64,000 nucleotides of DNA from Monocercomonoides exilis PA203 (lineage: Eukaryota; Protista; Preaxostyla). The DNA lies in NCBI GenBank assembly GCA_001643675.2, contig LSRY02000068.1, positions 124,001 to 188,000 of the forward strand, in the 5' to 3' direction. Each line of letters starts with the position of its first letter. The stretch's first letter is position 1. The translations under genes were made by a program, and so were the position numbers. This document shows positions 49,701 to 63,300 of the stretch, piece after piece. The notes under the pieces are model-generated. The model worked only from the letters and a program-made list of their open reading frames with translations, searched no databases and was not told the DNA's origin.

Positions 49701-51368
49701 TCCTTCTCTTCCTCTCTTTCTCCTTCCACTTCTTCAGATGCCCATTTTTCATTTCATCATTCTATGCACTCGCCAAATGAACGCACCAAAGACAATTCAT
49801 TCGATTCCAATCCCACTTCATCATCTCACTCCACAATCAATCCTAATCTCAATTCATTCTCCAACCACGACGATGCCACTGTGAGCAATGCTGTTGTCAT
49901 CGACTATGCCACCAACCCTGTCTGGAGGGACCTTCGGCACTTCAGCCGGAACGAGACAGTGATTGCCTCAATCCTCTCAGATTCGCTCTCTTATTTGGTG
50001 TCTGTCTCGACTGCGGTGATGTTCGGGTCTGTTTCGCAGAGCGGGGTGAAGGTGGAGACGAAGGATCTGCCGCTGGACAAGCTGAATGTGCGGAGGACGA
50101 AGGGAAACTGGAGCGACATGGACGACTTCACTGGGCAGCCGAAGAGCTGCTTCATGCGCAATGCTGCTGAATGCACAGAGGACAGGCTGTTTGGAATGTC
50201 TGGTGATTTTGTGGGATTTGACAACCTGCTCAGCACAATACAAACACACGCACTGAAGCTGGCGAGGAACGACCAGCCATCAGGTGTGTCGAGTGCTTTA
50301 AATGGAATGAATGCAAATATGGCTGAAATATCTCATCCTCCTCAAAAGGAAACAAAGAATAAAAAACATAAACTTTTCCCAAACACAAATTGGTTAAAGA
50401 AGAAGAAAATGGTCTGCACAACAAATTCCAGACGCTGTCCACAAAACAATGCAGTTACTAGTTCAGTTAGAGCATCTTCATTGGTATCTGATCCAATTTA
50501 CAAGATCCCTTTACCGCATTCATCGAACAAATTACCTTTGAACACTTCGTATTCGGCTGAATCTTTTCATTCTGTTTCTGAAATATCATCTGCTTTTGCA
50601 CCATCCTCTTTGTCAGCATTCTCTCCCTCTGCAAATATTATCCAAAGTGCTAAAACTACCTCAAAATCAAACAACATCATACGTTCTTCAACAGCTCCAT
50701 CTGAATCGAGTACTTCACATTCTGAACAGAAGCACACAGAATCCAATGCAGTTGCACGAACACTCTCTCCTCTTTCATCTGACTATGGAGCCCTCTATTC
50801 GCTTCTCCTGTTGGATGGCCACGATGGACTGATCACGTTTCAGGAGATGCTCTTTAACCATCTGCAGGAGCAGGTGAACAGGCACGTGCGCATCACAGTT
50901 GTTCTGTTTACAGTCGGCATTTCTGTGGCCGTGCTGTCTGCGCTGCTGTTTCTGATGCCATTGGGATCGAGCCTGTCAGATGAGGACACAGTGAGCATGC
51001 TGATTGAGCAGCTGTACAAGAGACAGAAGGGAGATAAAAGGAGCAGGGTGAATGGAGGAGAGGAGGATGGGGCGATTGATGACGATGACGACGAAGACAA
51101 TGAAGAGAAGGCGCTGTTGAATGGCACACGCAGCACAGCCAAGCTGGATGCATCGAAAGGAGGGCGAAGTCAGAAGCGGCTGATTGAATTGGTGAAGAAG
51201 CAGCAGGAGGAGAAGGCAGAAGAGGAAGAAGGAGATGATGAAGAGAATGAGGATGATGCGAGTGTAGAAGCAGGAGCAGATAGAGCATCAAATAGAGGCA
51301 GCAATTCAACAAAGAATTCTCTCAAAAAGATGAACAGTGTGGCAAATACGAAGAGTGGAGGAGGCTGA
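43792..51368 (+). CDS. Large multi-pass membrane protein, TmcB/TmcC (tiny macrocysts)-like
   Basis: 2420-aa exon plus probable short 5' exons from ATG 43792. N-terminal TM bundle with C...P.IQCF..YH and QPFY..GN, a TPR-like helical region, then two further TM-pair/extracellular modules. Family call is by architecture only. Confidence 0.6.
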
Positions 51369-52886
51369 GCATCTGATATAGTCATTGTTGTTATATGGTA
51401 TTTTTGAGTAAGTGCTTGAGAAATGGCAGCATTCGAGTATTCATCAACAGATTGTTATTAAGATATGACATATGCATTTGGCAAAACCACATCTTCATTT
51501 TTTTTCCTATTTCAATTCAACTTTCTCGCATATTCTTATTTTAGCAAATTGTGATGATCAACTTTTTCCTTTTTTAATTTTCTGTTTAAATTGTTAAGTT
51601 CTGTGTTTTGTCTATCTTTGTTTGTGTTTGGCCGAAAGATTAGTTCTTTAGTTAAAGTGTCTTGTCAGAAGGGAATAGAAGAATTGCTGTTTTCAGTTTT
51701 CATGTTATAAAACTCTCGCACTCAATTTTTCAATAAAGAATTTTTTTTAAGTGTCTTTTTTGTGTTGTTATTGTTCCTATGATTACGTTATAATTCAGTT
51801 TGACTGGGTATTCCACGCCTCTTGGACAGACTGCTGCATATTTGTCTGTCTTTTATAACATACTCCTGTTTTTCCCTTTTTATAAGCTTGTTTAATAAAC
51901 CGTCTGCTGAAGTGTTTTTTTATTTTTTAACATGAATTTCGAAGAATAATATTTGCGCTTTTGATTTTGTTGTCTGCTGACTTTATTTGTTATGCATCAA
52001 CCACAACAAGCATCGCATCATTTCATCTTTACGTTATTCTATTTTTTTTACTGAATTAGCCACAAGTCTTTATTATTTTTTGTGGTTTTGTTGAATTTCA
52101 TTTTATTTATTCATTCATAAATTCTGCATTGTTCAGTGGATTCTGTTCAATACTCGAATTGTTTTTTGCTCTTTCTCTGCACCTTTTTTTGTTTGTAATT
52201 TTCCATCAAGCACAAACTCAGCAAAATTGAATCAAAAACTGCTTTTTGACCGGTTTATTCAAATTTTTGAGCGCTTTTGTGTTCTGATGGAATTCAAGTC
52301 TTTCTTCGGCATATTTGGTTTCTATTTATTATTCATTGCTTGTTTAAGTATATTTTTCCGTGAATCTTTGGAACTGCTTTTGCAGCACAAAGTGTTAGCT
52401 CCTCTAATATTTGATTTTTTTTCCATTAATAACATATTCATTCAACTTATAGCACTGTGTGTTTTTTTAATTATTCTGGTGATGACAATTTAAACGATTT
52501 TTATGAAAAACTGTTAGTTGAAATAATTTCGTAAATCCAAAAAAAGAAAAGAATAAGTATCTTTTCTCTTTTGAAATGGAAAAACAGCACATCCGACATT
52601 TTTCAAGTTTTCATTGGAATGAACAATTCATTTAAAAACATGATTAACATTATGAAATGTTGCATTGTTTCAATTCAAAAGCTGAATTCATAACAGACCA
52701 AATAAGAGAAGTGTTTGTCAAAGGAAAAAATAACAGGTTATAATCCAATTAAGGAATATCATGAGATTTGTTATTCTCTTATAAAATCTGCATTATTCAA
52801 CTAGTTTTGAACATCATTGCAATTTCATTGGTGGAGGGATGAATGGAGAATTGCAAGATTGCATCATTTAATGAGCCTCCCTCCAT

Positions 52887-54483
52887 TCAAGACTTTCCCG
52901 ATCTGTTGCGAATGACATTAAGCTTTTTCTGTTGTAATTCAGCTTTTGATAGTTTTGATTCCTTTTTTCTTTGTTCACTTGCAGAAAGCTCAGATGGTTT
53001 CTCTTCTCTTCTTTTTCTTTCCTCCATCTTTTTTCGTTCCTGCTTCTCTTTTTCCTTTTCTGCTTCCTTTTTCAGTTCTGCTTGCGAGATTAGTCTGTTG
53101 GATCTAATACGGGCTGTTACGTCTCGTGGAAGCGGTATTTCTGCTATGTTGTCAGCAAGGATAATAAAAGAAGAAACAACTTGTTTCAGATCAGGTACTT
53201 GCTTTCTATAATCTGTACTGCTGTCATTGTCTTTATCAACGAATGTTTTTTGATGCTGCTTCTTCAATCCCTGCGAGGTAGTTTGTGAAGTGGATTGCTG
53301 CTTTTGTTTGGAGGATGCTCCGCGATTGTGAAATGATTCACCTGAAGTATAACTTGAGCTTGAGTCTTCTTCTTCAGATTGTTCATCTTCATCGAAGTCT
53401 TCATCAACAGGTACAGATAACACAGCAGATGGGAGATGTAATGCAAGCTCCATGTTAAGTCTATCTGGATATCCACAAGGCGCAAGATGAGTCTTTGCAT
53501 GAGCATCGGAACTGACTGCTGCAGAAGAAGAAGAAGACGATGATGATTGAAGAGTTTCATTTGACTTACCTGCATTTGTTTCCTTTTCTTTGCTTTCATT
53601 AATTATTTCGTATGATCGATCGTGATATGGGTCATCAGTGCACATAAAGCGGATGATATGAAATCCCGTTTCGACTATTTGAGATAATCCCCTTTTCAAA
53701 ATCTCTTCCATTAGCAGTGGATGCTCTGGAGCAGCTACAAGTTGTGGCTGGAAAGGCTTTGGAAGAAATAGAAAGCGCTCCGTTGTTGATTGTACAGATC
53801 CTCGGTTAAATGCGTCATTGACAGAAGGAGGAGAAGGAGTAAATTCTTTAATTTCACGACGTGTTGAACGAAGATTTAATTCGTCTTTCCTGTGTGAAAT
53901 AAGAAAAATAAATGGGGTAACGTTGTCATCAAATTGCGTCGATATAATCTGCAAATAATAGGGAGAAAATGTTTCAAAATAATAATCCGATAGTTTTCAA
54001 ACAATTTTATCTTTTTCAGAGTTAAAAAATGAAAACAAGAGGCCAACAAGATCTTGACGAGGAAGAAGCTGAAGACAGATGTCAAATGTTTGGATATTTT
54101 TCCTACCAGAAGCAAATATATGAAAGCAATTGTGAGATTCCTAGATAATGTAAAAAATTCTCAATTTAATTTTTCGAAATTTTGAAAAAAGACACCTTAA
54201 AAACTTCAATATCTTCATTGTCTCCAATTAATGAGAAATTCTTTTTCAGAATTGCCTCTAGCTGAAGATAAATGTTTCTTGCTATTTTTTCATTTTTTCT
54301 TTTTCCAAAGATGAAGAATCCTCCAAGGACTGTTAAAATAAATAAAAATCCAAGTTCCATCCAGTAATGTTCTTGGCTCGGAAGATGAAGCATAGAAATT
54401 GAATGTTTGGAGTCAGTTCTTTTCGGAGAATTTCTTGATTGAGTGGCTAGAGCTAAATAAACTACAATAAAAAATTTCAACAT
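52887..54483 (-). CDS. CCDC47: CCDC47 / DUF1682 family ER membrane protein (PAT complex subunit)
   Basis: Signal peptide, TM helix followed by GKRKNEKIA..LKKNFSLIG, FASGRKN and RQDL in a middle exon, C-terminal coiled coil ending LSASEQRKKE.K...KK. Confidence 0.78.
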
Positions 54484-55333
54484 TTATCATAATATTTATT
54501 TTGGGTGAGATATAATTGTTTTATTCGTTCATCAACATGAATTGAATATAATCACTTATAAAAACCATTTCATAATGGAAATTATTTTGTTTCATTCAAG
54601 AATTGACCTGATTCATTTTTTTTTTTTTTTGAATTCACAATTTAAAGACATCGTGATAAACATTTCAAAATCACTTTTATTCATTATTGAGATAGGCAAA
54701 TTCTAATATCTTTTTGTTATGTGTTCCTTGAAAAAAAAAATTATCGTTTCAATTTCTTGTTATTTTTCCTTCCTTATATATGATGAAAGAATTGAGGAGA
54801 AATAAGGACAAGCCTTTTTTATCCCAAATAAATTTTTAAAAAAATTAAAAAATTTGAATAAAATAAAAATGAAAATGAAAATGAAAACAAAAATAAAAAT
54901 AAAGGAAAGAGAGAGAAAGAGAGAAAGAGAGAGAGAGAGAGAGAGATCCTTTCGTTGAAATTATAAAACGCATATTTGACTCATTTTATTAATTATGTTT
55001 TTTAATAAAATGCATTTTCTAAATATTCCATGAAAATGTTGATAATTTTATATTAATATAACTTTTGTTTATATTTTTCTTTTATTTTCTTCAACATTCT
55101 TTTCAATTCTATTCTATGCTTTTTCTTTCTCTCTTTCTTTTATTTATTAATTTTTTTTTAATTTTTCTCTTTTTCTTTCTTTTTCATTCTTTTTTGTCAA
55201 AAAATTTGTAAAAAAACCTCAACAAAACAAAAGAAAATTCATGAAGTTGGGTGATTATTTTTATTAGGCCTTTGCGACAAGGAAAAATAAAGCGAGGCAT
55301 GTCGGTCGAAAGACAAAATCAATGTAGAGAAGT

Positions 55334-55334
<1 letters not shown>

Positions 55335-55398
<64 letters not shown>
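55335..55398. repeat. Poly(T) tract, 64 nt (poly(A) on the minus strand)
   Basis: Uninterrupted T run 70 bp inside the left end of the hAT-like element. Confidence 0.95.
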
Positions 55399-55404
<6 letters not shown>

Positions 55405-55949
55405 TAATTATAAATTATAAAGAATTTATAATTTCTGATATTATCTGCTTGTTTCTGAATTTTTTTCTAACTTGAAAATTAAATTAAAATTTATTTTCAC
55501 ATGAAGGAATAAATGAATTTAACTAGTTTAGAAAATTCTTTTTTTTAAACTTCAATTATGAAATAAGAAAGCCAAAACAAGAATTATTGAAAACAAAACT
55601 AATTTTTTTAACTTCAGAAGATGAAATGAAAACACGAAAATGTTTCAATCAAACTAAAAACAAACAAAAAAATTGAAACATAAATTTATTTCATAAATCC
55701 AAGAAAATATTCAGTTCAAGTTCAGACAATCGAAATAATATGAAATTGCAAATTTTGAAGCTATATTGTTTGAATTTGTTTTCATCTGCCTGTTCCATTA
55801 TTTGTTAATATTTTAGTGATCTTAATATATCACTGTCAATGGACTGCATCCAGTTTCTTTTAATATAATTGAAAAAGCTCATTACAAATACAAATGAAAG
55901 TTGATGAGCAAAAGCAAAAATTGATTAAAAAAGCATTTCTTTAACATAA

Positions 55950-58260
55950 GGAAAAAGAAGAAGATGGAGTGAGTGAGGAAGGCTCATTGTTTTGTGTTTA
56001 AATAGCAGAATTTGATAAAAGCGAAGCCTGAGAAGATGGTGAAATGAACACAGGACATTGAGGAGAAGGATACGAAGTTGTATTTGATGTTGAGAAATGA
56101 GGTGCAGATGCTGGATATGTGGAAATTGATCTCATGGGCTGGTTATTTTGTGATTTTGCTGTTAGTCGTGTGCAGTCAGTAATGGAATCTTGAATTGGAA
56201 CATCGTGTGTTGTGGAAGGAGCTGTTAGCTGATGAAGAGTTGACTGAAAATCAAAAAGAGACTGAAGCAAAGCTGGAGTTTCAGAAAATTCGCTATTTGA
56301 AGAAGCCTTTTCGAACTTACTGAGCTTTCTTAATTTTTCTCCTCATTTCATACCAGTTCTTTTTCTCTTTCTCTCCCCCTTTCTCTCTTTTTCTTCCTTC
56401 TCGCTTCTTCTCCTTTTGCATATCGTCCTCTGTTCTCTACTGCACATCTCCCAACACACGAAAGTTCTGCATGCACACAAACTTGTATCCCACATCTATC
56501 CTTTTTATCTTTATCATCAACTCAGCTGTTATCGCCAGAACTTCCAGTCGCTTCTCATTCAGCAGCTTCCGCCTCTTTCTTCAGCTTGTCGCGAATCTCT
56601 GCAAACTTCTTCTCGTCGTGCAGCCTTTACGCTTCTTCTTCTTTCTGTTCATATTGGATTCGGCTCTGTTCAACCTCCTCCTCCTTCCGCTGCTGCTTTT
56701 CTTGATCTGCCATTTTCTTTCGCTCACCTTTCAAAATTTTCTCAATCTTTTTTTTTCTTTCTCTTCTCATTTCAGGTCCAATCTTCTCTGCACATGTCGC
56801 TCTTCAATCTCCTGATGCTTCTGATTTGCTGCAATTGTTGCTTCCCTCTGCTTCTTCTTCTGTTTCTCTTGCCGCATCTGGATCTTCCTTCCTCCCTCTC
56901 CCATCCGAACTCCTTCGTTCGCTCGCCCTGCTGCACTCTTCCACGGTCTGTCGTTTTTTGTGTCTAATTTGTCTTTCGAGTCATCTGCTCCTTCTTCTTT
57001 TGCTTCTGTCTTGCCTTTTTTTCTTCTTTGTTTCGTATTCTCCAATCAATCTTGTAAACAACGTGTCATCTCTTGCATTTCCCTCCGGAAAATTATTCCT
57101 CATTCTCTCCAAATTCCTCTTGTTCCTTTTAAAGTGCTAGTTCATCATGATTCCCCAGACCTCCGCAAAAGACTCCTTCACTCTGTCTCTCATGTCCTCG
57201 CCCAGCGTCTCTCAATCCATCGCTCGCAGATACCGCACCCTCTCCATCATCTATTGCAACCCGTCGCACCTCTGCTTTTGGTTGATGTGCTGCCAGTTCC
57301 AGCTCTCTCGCTTCCTCCTCTCGCCTTTCAGCACATTCTGGATTGCCCACTTCCACAGGTCCCACAGCCGCTTCCGCACAACTTTCTGCCCTATGGCAAT
57401 CGTGTCCAGCATCCAAAGATGCGCCGAATCGACGTTAACTGACTCAGCTGAAGGTGAAATTGAAGGTGATTGCAAAGAGATGGGTTTACCGTGTGATGAA
57501 AAAGATGCAGCAACATTTGAAAAAGTTGTGTCGGAAGATGAAGAAGGAAAAGGCGAAGATGAAGAAGCAGATGAATCAGGTGATGGAGATATACTGTTGT
57601 TTTGAGGTGAAGTCATCTTAGGAGGAGTTTGATTATTTTGAAGTGTTGCGTAAGTATTTGCAATTAGTTGTTGTTGCTGCTGTATGTTATTTTACTGTGG
57701 ATGCAGCTGAGAATCAGAAATATAAGAATTTAATTCTGTCATTTGTGAGTTTGCTTTGCTTAATGGCAAAGTCTTTCAATGAGCCGTTAATGGAATGAAA
57801 ATAGGTTGGTTCACAATTTGTTGTGCATATTGCGAATGCGACATTGATGACATTGATGGAGAAAGCGTTTGCATGGAAGAAATTGCAGAAGGATGTGATG
57901 GAAGGTATATTATAGGAGAAGTACTGTGAAGAGGTAACTTCATGACAAGGTTGGGATTGCTGCTAAAATTGTTGATGGAATTGTTGATGATGATTAAGCA
58001 AATGCACGTTTTGAAGGAAGTTTTTAATCAGAAGGAGCACTTTTTGTTGCTGTACCTGCGATAAAGACCTGAAACTGGGGCAGAACAAGGTGATGTTTTG
58101 AAATGGGATGGGAGGTGATGGAGGAGAGAGAAGAATGAGTAGGAGGAGGAGAAGTTTCAAATCCTTCCTCTTCATGTTATTTTTTGTTTGATTCTTTTTG
58201 TTCTTCATCATCCTTATCTCTTTTCCTTTTTCCTTTTTTTTATTCTTCCTTTTTTATTTC
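55950..58260 (-). pseudogene. Decayed host-like gene inside the hAT-like element
   Basis: Coding-like composition (Ser/Pro/Gln-rich region, GC-rich W/R-containing core, E/K-rich helix), but every frame is broken by stops or frameshifts, e.g. ...QRCDGLQ*MMERVRYLRAMD*ETL...; boundaries approximate. Confidence 0.65.
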
Positions 58261-58736
58261 ATCATTTTTTTTTCTGGATGAATGAATAAATTTTAAGCAC
58301 GCAGGTTCAATGATTTTGTGCAAATTATCACTTTTTATTTACTAATAATATAAGCCGCAAACAACTCTATCAAACTTCAATCTTTATTCATCGTATTTAT
58401 TATTCAAAGCAATGGCTTTTGCAAACCTTTTTCGTGTGTGTTGACCTGACATTTCCACAAATCTGAGTTTTTTAAAAAAACTTCAAATGAGTAATTATTA
58501 TGGAATTTTATTAAAAACTATTTTCAAATAATAACGTGAATAACGTGATTATCTGCAAGAAGATGAAGTGTTTTCAAAATGTGGTTTTGGACAAATAATA
58601 AATTAATCAAACAGACAAGGACTCAATTTCTTTTTATTCTCAAAATTTTCAAAATTAAATATGATATTTTTGATGAAAAAAGTTATAAATGTCCGTTCAC
58701 TGAAATGAAGAAATGTTTTCAAAAAAGTGAATCTGT

Positions 58737-58806
58737 TCGACAGATTGATCTTTTCGACAGACTGATCTTTCGACCGACTGATCTTTGTCGTTCGACTGAT
58801 CTCGAC
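58737..58806 (+). repeat. Subterminal tandem repeats (TCGACNGAYTGATCTTT, about 4 copies)
   Basis: tcgacagattgatctttt-cgacagactgatcttt-cgaccgactgatcttt..cgactgatct-cgac, about 240 bp from the right TIR. Confidence 0.8.
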
Positions 58807-60353
58807 AAAGATATGTCGATAACCCATTGAAATTTCTAAAAATCAATAAATAAAATATTTATTTGTTAGAATCCAGTGAAATTGTATTTTATAATTTATA
58901 AAAAAGAATTATTCAATGGAAACAAAAGTGCATTTTTTTATTTGAATGTTTTTTAGTTAATCAAAAAAGAAAAATATGATTCATGTCTTGTTGGTCGACT
59001 TGTCGAGCTGATGAAAAAATGTCGGTCTGTCCCAAAGGCCTAATTTTTATAAAATCATATTATTTCATTCATATTTTTCATTTCGAGAATTTGCACACAG
59101 CAACAGTAAACGACAAATGAAAAGTGAACAGAATTTTCCAAGAAATGTTTTTCTATATTTCAGCTTCAATTTTGTTTTTGAAACATAAATAATGATATTT
59201 TCATAAGAATTCAAAATCTCATCCCAAATGCAAAAAATCTTAGAAAAATCAACAACTCGAAAAATGTTATGATAGCAAAATAATCATCCAATTAGAAAGT
59301 GAAAAAAGAGATAAAAATGCGTTTGTTTTTAATTGAGAAAAACGAAACAAATTCTGATTTAATTGAATGTTTGATTTCACCAAAAGTGAAATCTAAAAAA
59401 TGGCAAATCGAACAAATTTTTGCAATTGAAAACTGAACAAAATATTCTCAAGCACAACGTTTCATGTCTAAGAAAGAGATATTCACAATTGAGGACAAGT
59501 GATTCTTTTGGAGATTATTTTATAAAACAATAAATAAAAATTTAAATCATGTTCTGAATATTATTAAACGGGCATTGATAGGTTGATACGCAATTTCATG
59601 ATATCTTTGTTTAAATCACATATGAAATTATGGCTATTGTCAAAGCTTCGATGAATATTTTTTTTCAAATCAAAATATTCTTTTCAATGATGAAAAACTT
59701 TCAACAATCAACACCACGAAAAAAGTTTTGATTTCAAAAATAATTACCTAGGAAAACTAAATTTTTTTATTTGTGATATATCACGATGAAAAGGATCAAT
59801 AAATGGTGGAATGAATGACTTTTTCGAGAAATCATTTTTGTTCAATTTTCTTTATAAACGAACCTTTCAAAATTTTATCAAATACGAGTTCTTACTCCCG
59901 AAATTTCACTGGAATAATGATGAAGGCTTGACAATGTTTCATTTCCTCACAAATGATTTTTCATGTGCGGGAATAGAAATTTGATGAAAAAATGAAAAAA
60001 AAATTATTTTCGAAAATATAACAAAAGGAAGTTTTAAAAAAAAAATGAAGAAGACTTTAACTGAAAAAGATAATATTTTCCTGTTTGTGAACAAATAATT
60101 GATATTGAAGTTTGAATAATTCTTATTTATCCATAGTTGAAGCAACATTATGGAGTAATTAAAAAATAACAAAAACAATTTGTTTTTACGAAATAATAAA
60201 TATTACTAAAAATACAAACACAAAAGAAAATTATAAATAATTTATTGAAACTAATCGATGAAAGGTTCTAAAAAAAAAATATTATCTAAAATTGTTTGTG
60301 TTTTCCCATATTATTTTTTGTTCCATTTACAGTATATTTTTAGTTGAGCTTTG

Positions 60354-63300
60354 ATGCTTGAAACAATTGTTGCCAAGCTTCTCGGGAAGATCCTTGGAAA
60401 ATACTGTTCAAATTTTGACAAGAAATCATTAAATATGTTTTTTCTAAGTCTTTTTCATTTTTGACATTAAAAGTTAATAATTTCGAAAGTGGCCTTTCAG
60501 GAACATTTGAATTAAAAAATTTGAGGCTTAGACGTGATGCATTTCATGAGTTTCATGAAGGAATTCAAGTTATTGATGGTTTTAATGTTTTTTTCCCCTG
60601 AGAAAACAGTTATTTATGAAAATTGACGCAATTTCAATTTATCAAAGGTGTAATTGGTTCTGTTAAAGTATCACTGAGTTGGACTGGAATAATGTCAAAG
60701 CCAATTATTATTTCAATCGAAGATATAGCTGTAATTTTGGAACCTCAAGATATATCTGTATGACTATTTTTCTTTTGTTTCAAAAATTGACAAACCAAAT
60801 AGAATTCTAAATCAGCAATTAAAAATAGAATACAACGATCTGAAAGACAAAAATTGATAAAGTTAGATGATATCGAGCAAAACATGGCAATGAAAGAGGC
60901 TGAACTGGAACAAAATGGAAAAAACAAAGAAGATCAATCATTTATGAACAGACTTATTACGAAAATACTTCTAAACTGTCAGATTACGATGAAGAATATA
61001 CATTTTCGAATGGAAGATACGCGGAATCCTCGGAATCCTATTGTTATTGGAGTTTTGTTTTCTGGACTAACTGCACACTCCACAAATGCAAAATGGGAGC
61101 GAGCTTTGAACACAGAACCTCCAATAGCATACAAGCTTGTTGAATTATCATCATTATCAATTTATCACTCATCGACGACGCTTGCTGAGGAGCGCAGTGG
61201 ATTTTCTTCAGCATTGTCTGTTGAAGATTTTAAGCAATCAATGTCAAATTACATTCAAAAGACGATTTCTGCTTCACCAGAGTTTGCTTTTGGGCGCCCC
61301 ACATCATCATATTCCAACGAAACAGGTACAAACAATCAATCGCTCGCCATTTCACCAACGAGCAATACATCATCTTTGGAATCTCCTAATCAAATTGTTC
61401 AATCCAACACAAACAATTCAATCAATTTGAATGGAAGAGATGTAAGCAAAGACAGTCAACTGGACTTTATTTTACACCCAGTAACATTCACAGTGAGAGC
61501 ATCACTCCTTCTCTCGTCAATCACTGGGCAGCCTTCTTCTACTCCTGCATCTCAATCTTCCTCTCCTACTGCTTCTCCTGCCTCTTCATCTTCAGAGTCG
61601 CCTGAAGAAACTCCTGTTCAGGGAAATAACCAAGAGACGGAAGACAAACCAAACATTCCGATGATAAAGGCAGACATCTCCATTACCCAAATGTGCTTGA
61701 GCATGGGCTCATTTCATCTGCCCCGCCTCAAACGGATAACCGACTTTCTGGCAGATCATCGCGTTTTCGATGAATACCAGAAGACAAGGCCCAGACGCAC
61801 ATGCAAATGCGGCAGAGGTTGCCATATCAACACAACAGATGACGCAGATGAACCTTCTCCAATATTATCTGAGACAACTACTGATGCAAATGGAGGAGAA
61901 ATGACGCTAAGAAAAGTGCGTGCAAATGATGTTGATTACTCTTCTGTTCATTGTGTCTGTGGCTGTGCGACTGTCAATGCACGGCATCCAAACTCTGTGC
62001 ACACACGCAATTTGTGGCGATGGGCGATTGGATGCGCTGTGAAGGATGCGAAGAAGAAGCGCAAGCCGTTCACGTGGGAAGGAATCAAAGAGCGGAGAGA
62101 CGACAAGAACAACTACATTGCACTGTGGAAGGATTACCTGACATCTCAGGCTGAGATGTCAGAGAAGGATAGAGAGAAAGAAAAAGAGGCAAAAAGGGAG
62201 CTGCTCGCCACACCTTCTCCTCTAAAGGCAAATGCAAAGTCTCCTCAAATATCTTCACCGGATGGTGGAAACGGAGTTGTGGTGATTGATGCGGAAGACG
62301 ATGATGAATCTGATTCCAACAACGGAAGTTCTGCTGAAGATGGAGAAAAAGATGAAACGGATGAGATGTCATCCAACGTCAAGGATATCAATAAGATTCC
62401 ACTTTATGCGCAAAATCCGTTGCGTCAACTCGAGCTGAAGTATTCGATGTCAGACATTCTGTTCTTCCGAGCGCTTGCAGAAAAGCAACTTGCAGCAGAA
62501 AAAGCGAAGCGGAAGGAAATTGCGGAGAAGCGCGCTGAGCGAGCGAAAGAGGCAAACGCGCAGAAAGGCTGGATGAAGCGGTGGTTTGGGCGGAAGACAG
62601 CGGAAGAGAAGGAGGAAGAGGCGAAGAGCATCGAGGACGAAGAAAACGTGTCCTTTGACTCTCTTCCAGAAGAAGAAAAAAGAAGGTTTGTGGAGGAAGT
62701 GCAGTACGATGCATCACTAAACATTTTGGAGGCATCACATCCACCTGAGTTTATATTAGTGAGTGCTACGCTTGACATTAAGCGTATATCCTTCACGCTG
62801 CTGGAGCAGACGAAATATCTGCCTGCCTTCAAAGAACTGATGAATAAAAACAGCGTAAATGGACAATCACCATCGTCGTCATCAGCATCCTCTTCTTCTT
62901 TAAGCTCTTTCTCTTCAACTTCTTTGAGTCCTGTTCCATCTGTTTCGATGGTTGTTCCCATTCTTTCGTTTTCTCTTCTTTCGATCGGCGGATCTTTTTC
63001 GTATCGGCCATATAAATCTGGCACGGATGTTGAATTCAACTTAGACAATTTGGAACTTGTCGATTTGAGTGGAAATTACGAAGCAGCCTCTCCTTCACAA
63101 CAAGGCAGGACTGGAAATTTGAGTTATTCTCCATCTGCTTCACCAACTTTCTCAACAAATTATTCCGAACCTTTTGTCACTCTGATCTCATCCAATGCAC
63201 CAATCGGGTCGCCTTTCATCTCCAACCAGGATGATGATGAATACGATGAAGCCAACACTGAAGGCGAAGAAGAGCAAAACGAACAGGGCAAAACAGCTGA

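Larger units (their letters stand above)
55265..59042. mobile_element. hAT-like non-autonomous element with cargo, 3778 bp
   Basis: TIRs TAGGCCTTTGCGACA (55265-55279) and TGTCCCAAAGGCCTA (59028-59042), 14/15 match. 8-bp TSD ATTTTTAT at 55257-55264 and 59043-59050. CGAC/GTCG-rich subterminal motifs at both ends. Confidence 0.8.

Noticed and set aside
54830-55200. Inverted repeat around (AAAATG)n and (GA)n microsatellites
   Set aside because: Complementarity is limited to low-complexity purine/pyrimidine tracts with no defined ends.
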